Source: Candidatus Komeilibacteria bacterium (lineage in GTDB: Bacteria; Patescibacteriota; Patescibacteriia; UBA1558). Taken from it: 39,457 nucleotides of DNA. Below, piece by piece: positions 34,946 to 39,457 of this stretch; position 1 is the stretch's first letter; each line of letters opens with the position of its first letter. The notes beneath the pieces were generated by a model. The model was not told the origin of the DNA, made no database searches, and saw nothing but the letters and a program-made list of their open reading frames with translations. Both the position numbers and the translations under genes were made by a program. Location: NCBI GenBank assembly GCA_048538235.1, contig JBLYPX010000001.1, forward strand, positions 745,554-785,010, given 5' to 3'.

Positions 34946-35202
34946 GTATTAAACTGTAATAATTTATACTTCATTATATTCAAAAAGTCAATAATTATAA
35001 AAAAATTGTTAAAAAACATTTGACTGTTAATAACTTTTATATTACACTACCTATTGATATCTTCTTTATCAAAATGCCCGAAAGTCGGGTACCAAGAAGA
35101 TATCCCCTTTTTATACTCCCTCTTTATAATTCTATTGCAGAGTTGCAAGGAGGGAGCTAAAAATGTTTATCATAAAACTCCGTATTTAACGGCGTTTTTT
35201 AT

Positions 35203-37134
35203 TTATAATAATTTTAATTTCAGAGCCCATGAAGCCATGGTTAAGCCAACCACACCTAGGCCATAGCCCAGATAATCACTATTATTACCATCTTCACTCT
35301 TAGTCTCTTCTATATACCTATCGTTTGATCCATTTATTACATTAATTTCTGGTTCGACTACCTCCAAAATATTCTTTTCAACAATAATATCATCATCTAT
35401 TCTTGGTAAAAGTCTATAGCCACTTTTCGTCTCACTAACAATTCCAACAACCAATACTTCTTGCCCCACTTCAATAGCGGGCTTTTCAATTCCAGTTTTT
35501 GAACTTATATACACCCTAACCTCTCCAGAATCGTCGTCTATATACCAAGAGGAAGATTTCTTTTCTATTAATTCACCAGATACATATACCAAACCACCCT
35601 CATAGTCTTCTGATACTTCTCCAGTTAATAATTCTTCTACCTCTGGCAAAGTAGTGTTGTCTACAATTTCTATATCTTCCTTTTCTTTAATTTTAATTCT
35701 TTTCTCACCACTAACTTCTGACATACTACCAATAACAATCACCACATCTCCAATGTTTAAATTTATAAAATCTTTTTTCGAGAAATACACTTGAATTCCT
35801 GTGCTTAAATTAATATCTCCATTCAAATCTATTTCAGATATATAAAAATATGTATCAGCTAAATAACTAGGTGGAACAGTTACTACTCCCTGAGTAAAAA
35901 CCTCTTCATTCTTTTCTAAAAGTTTAATATCTGAAATTGCTTTTAATTCTAATACGTCTTCTTCTAAATCATTTAAAACCTCATCATTATTATCGGTTTC
36001 TACAACTTCTTCTACAACTTCTTCTATAATAAAATTTTCACTACCTGGTGTTATATCCTCCGTCCACTTCCATCCTTCTGTAAAATAAGAATAGCTGTAT
36101 GAGGTTAGCGATTTATCATATGACAAATTTGAAACCAACTCATCGATTGGGTTAAACAAACTTAATACATCGCCAGAACTATTGTTTAAAGTAATTTTTG
36201 TATCTGTTCTGTAAAAAACTATAAAACTTTTAGACGCTACATTGCCAGACAAAATATATTTTTTACCACTAAGATCTTCTATGTACCAACCTTCTAGATC
36301 TATATCTAAATCGTCATCATTAAACAACTCAATAAACTCATTCTCTTCGTCACTGCCGTCTGGATCTGGTAATAATTCGTTTATTCTTACCTTATTACTA
36401 TATATGACTGGTGTTTCGATTTCATTATCAACCACATCAACAATCTCCTCAACTTGATCGCTTTGGACTCCATTTGTATCTTGACTTTCATCATCCTCTT
36501 CTTCCTCTTCGTTAACATTCTCCTCTTGAACTACCTCTAGTGGCGTGCAAACATTACAGTCACATTCATTATTATTTTCTACAAATTCATACAAACCAGG
36601 ACTACCCCCAATATTTACGCTCGACTTATAGACAACACCATCATACTCCAAACTATAACCCTCACCAGACTCATTCATTGTCTCTAAATATTCTACTTCA
36701 GCTATCCAATTATCTCCGCCATCAATACTCAACTTAATAATTTCACCAGTATTATTTAATTTTACAACTGAATCAAGAATGGTTCCTGAATAATCTGGAT
36801 GAATTTGCAAAAAATTATCTACGCTGTCTGTAATCACTAAAACCTCTCCTATATCAAACACATCATCACCTTGCACAATATTTACCAAATGATTACTACC
36901 ATCATAAAATCTCCAATTATCGTCTATCACATAGCTTTCGTTTGTATTATTATATATTTCTACCCACTCATAACCATCATCACCACCCTCTAAATCATAC
37001 ATAATCTCTGTAAATAATATTGAGTCAATTTCCGCAGCCACAACAACTTGTATTGCAGACAGAAAAACAATAAAGAATAAACCTACAAACAAGATAAATA
37101 TTGTTAATTTTAAATCCTCTAAATACATATTCAT
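35203..37134 (-). CDS. Surface protein: two lamin-tail domains, acidic linkers, two OB-fold-like domains, C-terminal TM
   Basis: FTEIMYD..EWVEIYN and INELLPDP..EFIELFN LTD starts; GVVTVPP..GIQVYF and VSGEL..IDDDSGEVRVYI..GIVS OB-like units. Confidence 0.75.
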   Translation of the reverse strand: MNMYLEDLKLTIFILFVGLFFIVFLSAIQVVVAAEIDSILFTEIMYDLEGGDDGYEWVEIYNNTNESYVIDDNWRFYDGSNHLVNIVQGDDVFDIGEVLVITDSVDNFLQIHPDYSGTILDSVVKLNNTGEIIKLSIDGGDNWIAEVEYLETMNESGEGYSLEYDGVVYKSSVNIGGSPGLYEFVENNNECDCNVCTPLEVVQEENVNEEEEEDDESQDTNGVQSDQVEEIVDVVDNEIETPVIYSNKVRINELLPDPDGSDEENEFIELFNDDDLDIDLEGWYIEDLSGKKYILSGNVASKSFIVFYRTDTKITLNNSSGDVLSLFNPIDELVSNLSYDKSLTSYSYSYFTEGWKWTEDITPGSENFIIEEVVEEVVETDNNDEVLNDLEEDVLELKAISDIKLLEKNEEVFTQGVVTVPPSYLADTYFYISEIDLNGDINLSTGIQVYFSKKDFINLNIGDVVIVIGSMSEVSGEKRIKIKEKEDIEIVDNTTLPEVEELLTGEVSEDYEGGLVYVSGELIEKKSSSWYIDDDSGEVRVYISSKTGIEKPAIEVGQEVLVVGIVSETKSGYRLLPRIDDDIIVEKNILEVVEPEINVINGSNDRYIEETKSEDGNNSDYLGYGLGVVGLTMASWALKLKLL

Positions 37135-37157
37135 TAATTAATAATAAATATATTAGA

Positions 37158-37200
37158 GGGATCAGTTCTTAGCCAGGGTCGTTAACCAAGAACTGACCCC
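37158..37200 (-). other. Hairpin between ssb and the LTD gene
   Basis: TCAGTTCTT/AAGAACTGA core with flanking G/C pairs; no clear U-tract. Confidence 0.5.
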
Positions 37201-37209
37201 CGACTAATA

Positions 37210-37623
37210 TTAATCTTTTAACTCTTCTGCCTTAACTTCTTCAACCGTAATATCTTCCTCAGTTAATTCATCTGGTTGTTTTTCTTCTTTAGTTCTATGT
37301 CCAAGCATTATTAAATGATCAGCAATGATTTCTGTCATATAATGCTTAATACCTTTATCATCTTCCCAAGACCTAGTAGCTATTCTACCTTCTAGATAAA
37401 CATTGCTACCCTTCTTTAAATACTTGTTAATAATGCCAGCGAGCTTGCCCCAGGCAATAACATGGTGGAACTCTACACTTTCTTTTATCTCTTTAGATTT
37501 CTTGTCTTTCCATGTGTGATTTGTAGCTACACGGAAAACTGCTAAATCAATACCTGATGGCATTTTTTTAGCTTCTGGATCAGCAACTAAGTTACCGATC
37601 AATGTCGCTTTGTTTAAATTCAT
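37210..37623 (-). CDS. ssb: Single-stranded DNA-binding protein lacking the terminal DDxPF tip
   Basis: MNLNKATLIGNL..FRVATN..EFHHVIAWGKLA..KKGSNVYLEGRI. Confidence 0.92.
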   Translation of the reverse strand: MNLNKATLIGNLVADPEAKKMPSGIDLAVFRVATNHTWKDKKSKEIKESVEFHHVIAWGKLAGIINKYLKKGSNVYLEGRIATRSWEDDKGIKHYMTEIIADHLIMLGHRTKEEKQPDELTEEDITVEEVKAEELKD

Positions 37624-37921
37624 TTTTTCATTATTAAATAATTAAAACTACCCGCAAAGGTAGCTTAAACTATTGACATTCTAATAATATTACTTAATAA
37701 TGTATTAGCTAGCTGCCTTTGGCAGATTTAGCAAACCCCGTAAAGTCCTGTTTAACCACAGGACTTTACACTTTATATACACATCAAACGACTTCTCTTT
37801 CGTCCGACGGCTTATAATAAACGTACTGTTTATTTTATTTTTTGGAAAAATAGAGACTCCTTTTTAACCACCTCTATCTCAATTTTCATAGTATCTTAGC
37901 AGAAATTTTAAGATGAATCAA

Positions 37922-37948
37922 AAAGACAACTCTAAATGAGTTGTCTTT
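37922..37948. terminator. Terminator downstream of the tRNA-Gly/Leu pair
   Basis: AAAGACAACTC/GAGTTGTCTTT stem. Confidence 0.8.
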
Positions 37949-37949
37949 G

Positions 37950-38037
37950 TGGTGGGCGAGGAGGGACTCGAACCCTCACGAGTGTTAAGCTCATTGGATT
38001 TTAAGTCCAACGCGTCTACCAGTTCCGCCACTCGCCC
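37950..38037 (-). tRNA. tRNA-Leu(UAA)
   Basis: Loop CT-TAA-AA, stem TTGGA/TCCAA, long variable arm. Confidence 0.95.
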
Positions 38038-38081
38038 GTTGTTATATTAAATAATCCCGCTATAAAAGCTCGGGATTATAG

Positions 38082-38158
38082 TGGAGCGGGTGACCAGATT
38101 CGAACTGGCGACCTTCTCCTTGGCAAGGAGGTGTTCTAGCCAACTGAACTACACCCGC
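38082..38158 (-). tRNA. tRNA-Gly(GCC)
   Basis: Loop TT-GCC-AA; acceptor GCGGGTG/CACCCGC, discriminator U. Confidence 0.94.
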
Positions 38159-38218
38159 ATAACAACGCTATAAATTAGCACAAGCAGTATAGCAAATTAT
38201 ATAAATTTGTAAAGAGTT

Positions 38219-38449
38219 TTAATCTTCATCAATCTTTATCTGCTTATCTCTACTCTTAACACCGCTAATTATACTTATTTGTCTTTGTTTTATATTTAAA
38301 TATTTAGCTAACACCTCAAGTAATAAAAAATTAGCTTTATTGTCTACAGGGGGAGCTGTTAACCATACCTTCAAACTATTATCTTCTAACTTCTCAACCT
38401 TATTCTGCTTAGCCCTTGGCACAACCTTTATTTTATACACTTTAGGCAT
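38219..38449 (-). CDS. DUF167 (YggU-like) protein
   Basis: IKVVPRAK..LKVWLTAPPVDNKAN..IISGVKSRDK. Confidence 0.9.
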   Translation of the reverse strand: MPKVYKIKVVPRAKQNKVEKLEDNSLKVWLTAPPVDNKANFLLLEVLAKYLNIKQRQISIISGVKSRDKQIKIDED

Positions 38450-39236
38450 TATTAAAAACCTTTAATATTTTATTATGAACTTTTCCATTGGTTGCTATCA
38501 TATCTGTGCTGCCCAATCTCCAAGCGCCACCATTAGCATCTGTTACTTTGCCGCCAGCCTCTCTTACTAATAAAATACCAGCTGCTACATCCCAAGAATT
38601 AGCCCCAGGAATTACAATACTTTCACTTCTTCCAGATGACACTAAAGCAAGTTCAATAGCTGCTGACCCCAATTGTCTTGCATCAATGTTTTTCTTTTTT
38701 AAGTTTAAATTATATCTACCAGACTTACTCATATATGTTGGTCCTTGCCCGTGACAAAAAGTATGTTGAGCGTCTTCCATTTTAGCAATCTTAGAAACAT
38801 ACACTTTCTTTCCATTCAATTTTGTTCCTTTATGAAGACTTGCTTCATACATATCTTTTAATACTGGCACGTATACAAAGCCGTGTTTAACTTCTGCCTT
38901 TGAACTATTCTTATCTGGCAAATATATAATAGCAATAGCTACAGAAAAAACTGGATTGCGCATAGTAAAATTTCTAGTTCCATCCAACGGATCTACAATC
39001 CATAAATATTCTGATTCCTTATTATTGGCTCCAGCTTCCTCAGACAAAATAGCATCATTAGGAAAATATTTTTTAATAGCTTTTAATATTATCTTCTCCG
39101 CTCCTTTATCATATTTAGTAACGGTGGTTTTATTAGCTTTATAACTTTTCTCTTTTGGTTTAAAAGTATAGAAATTATTCAATAGATATTCTCCAGCTTC
39201 TTTTGCTAATTTTTTAGCCAATTGTTCTCTTGTCAT
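38442..39236 (-). CDS. suhB: Inositol monophosphatase family protein (SuhB-like)
   Basis: LSEE, WIVDPLDGTRNF, RQLGSAA, WDVAAG. Confidence 0.85.
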   Translation of the reverse strand: MTREQLAKKLAKEAGEYLLNNFYTFKPKEKSYKANKTTVTKYDKGAEKIILKAIKKYFPNDAILSEEAGANNKESEYLWIVDPLDGTRNFTMRNPVFSVAIAIIYLPDKNSSKAEVKHGFVYVPVLKDMYEASLHKGTKLNGKKVYVSKIAKMEDAQHTFCHGQGPTYMSKSGRYNLNLKKKNIDARQLGSAAIELALVSSGRSESIVIPGANSWDVAAGILLVREAGGKVTDANGGAWRLGSTDMIATNGKVHNKILKVFNNA

Positions 39237-39237
39237 A

Positions 39238-39456
39238 TTATTTTATAGTATTTAATTGTATTAATATAAATTTATCTGTTAATGTATCCCACACAGCAAA
39301 TGTTGGAGGGTAACCATAATTACTTACATTACCTGGGTTTAGCACCAATTTGTTATTCTTATACTCTTGCCACGGCTTATGCGTATGTCCATAGAATATA
39401 TATTGTAAATCATCATTATCTAAATATTTCTCATAATACTTTGGCTCATGAACTAC
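39238..39456 (-). CDS. YfcE-like metallophosphoesterase, C-terminal fragment
   Basis: Hand translation VVHEP..YIFYGHTHKPW..VLNPGNV..TIK*; truncated by the window end. Confidence 0.85.
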   Translation of the reverse strand, partial: VVHEPKYYEKYLDNDDLQYIFYGHTHKPWQEYKNNKLVLNPGNVSNYGYPPTFAVWDTLTDKFILIQLNTIK

Positions 39457-39457
39457 T

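Overview
AT-rich bacterial chromosome segment, most likely Patescibacteria/CPR (Parcubacteria-like; inferred from gene content, few SD sites and unlinked rRNA). It uses standard code 11 (TGA stops at 9598 and 22825). Left arm (1-7.2 kb): an accessory-looking block between tsaD and tRNA-Glu, containing an MFS transporter with a candidate leader-peptide attenuator, a self-regulated LexA/UmuD-hybrid + DinB/UmuC cassette, and five tandem zinc-ribbon genes. Middle: envelope proteins, rpmF-nusB(NUDIX fusion)-rnc, a heparinase II/III-like gene, an apparently hingeless SMC, rpsO-NYN-pnp, dksA-like-lspA-DHH, rluD-gmk-rplS, and tRNAs including a rare tRNA-Ile(UAU). Right arm: a 29-aa protamine/H1-like micropeptide, EndoQ, a stand-alone 23S-5S operon with no 16S, a GC-richer lipoprotein gene, a lamin-tail/OB-fold surface protein, ssb, DUF167, suhB and a partial phosphoesterase. 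Nine tRNAs in total. Best leads: (1) the 23S-5S leader holds a 13-codon uORF overlapping an antiterminator that competes with an intrinsic terminator, suggesting translation-coupled attenuation of rRNA synthesis; (2) two orphan structured transcription units (about 11.63-11.76 kb and 22.96-23.31 kb); (3) the basic micropeptide; (4) the zinc-ribbon array. All annotation and RNA pairing was done by eye, with no searches or folding software.
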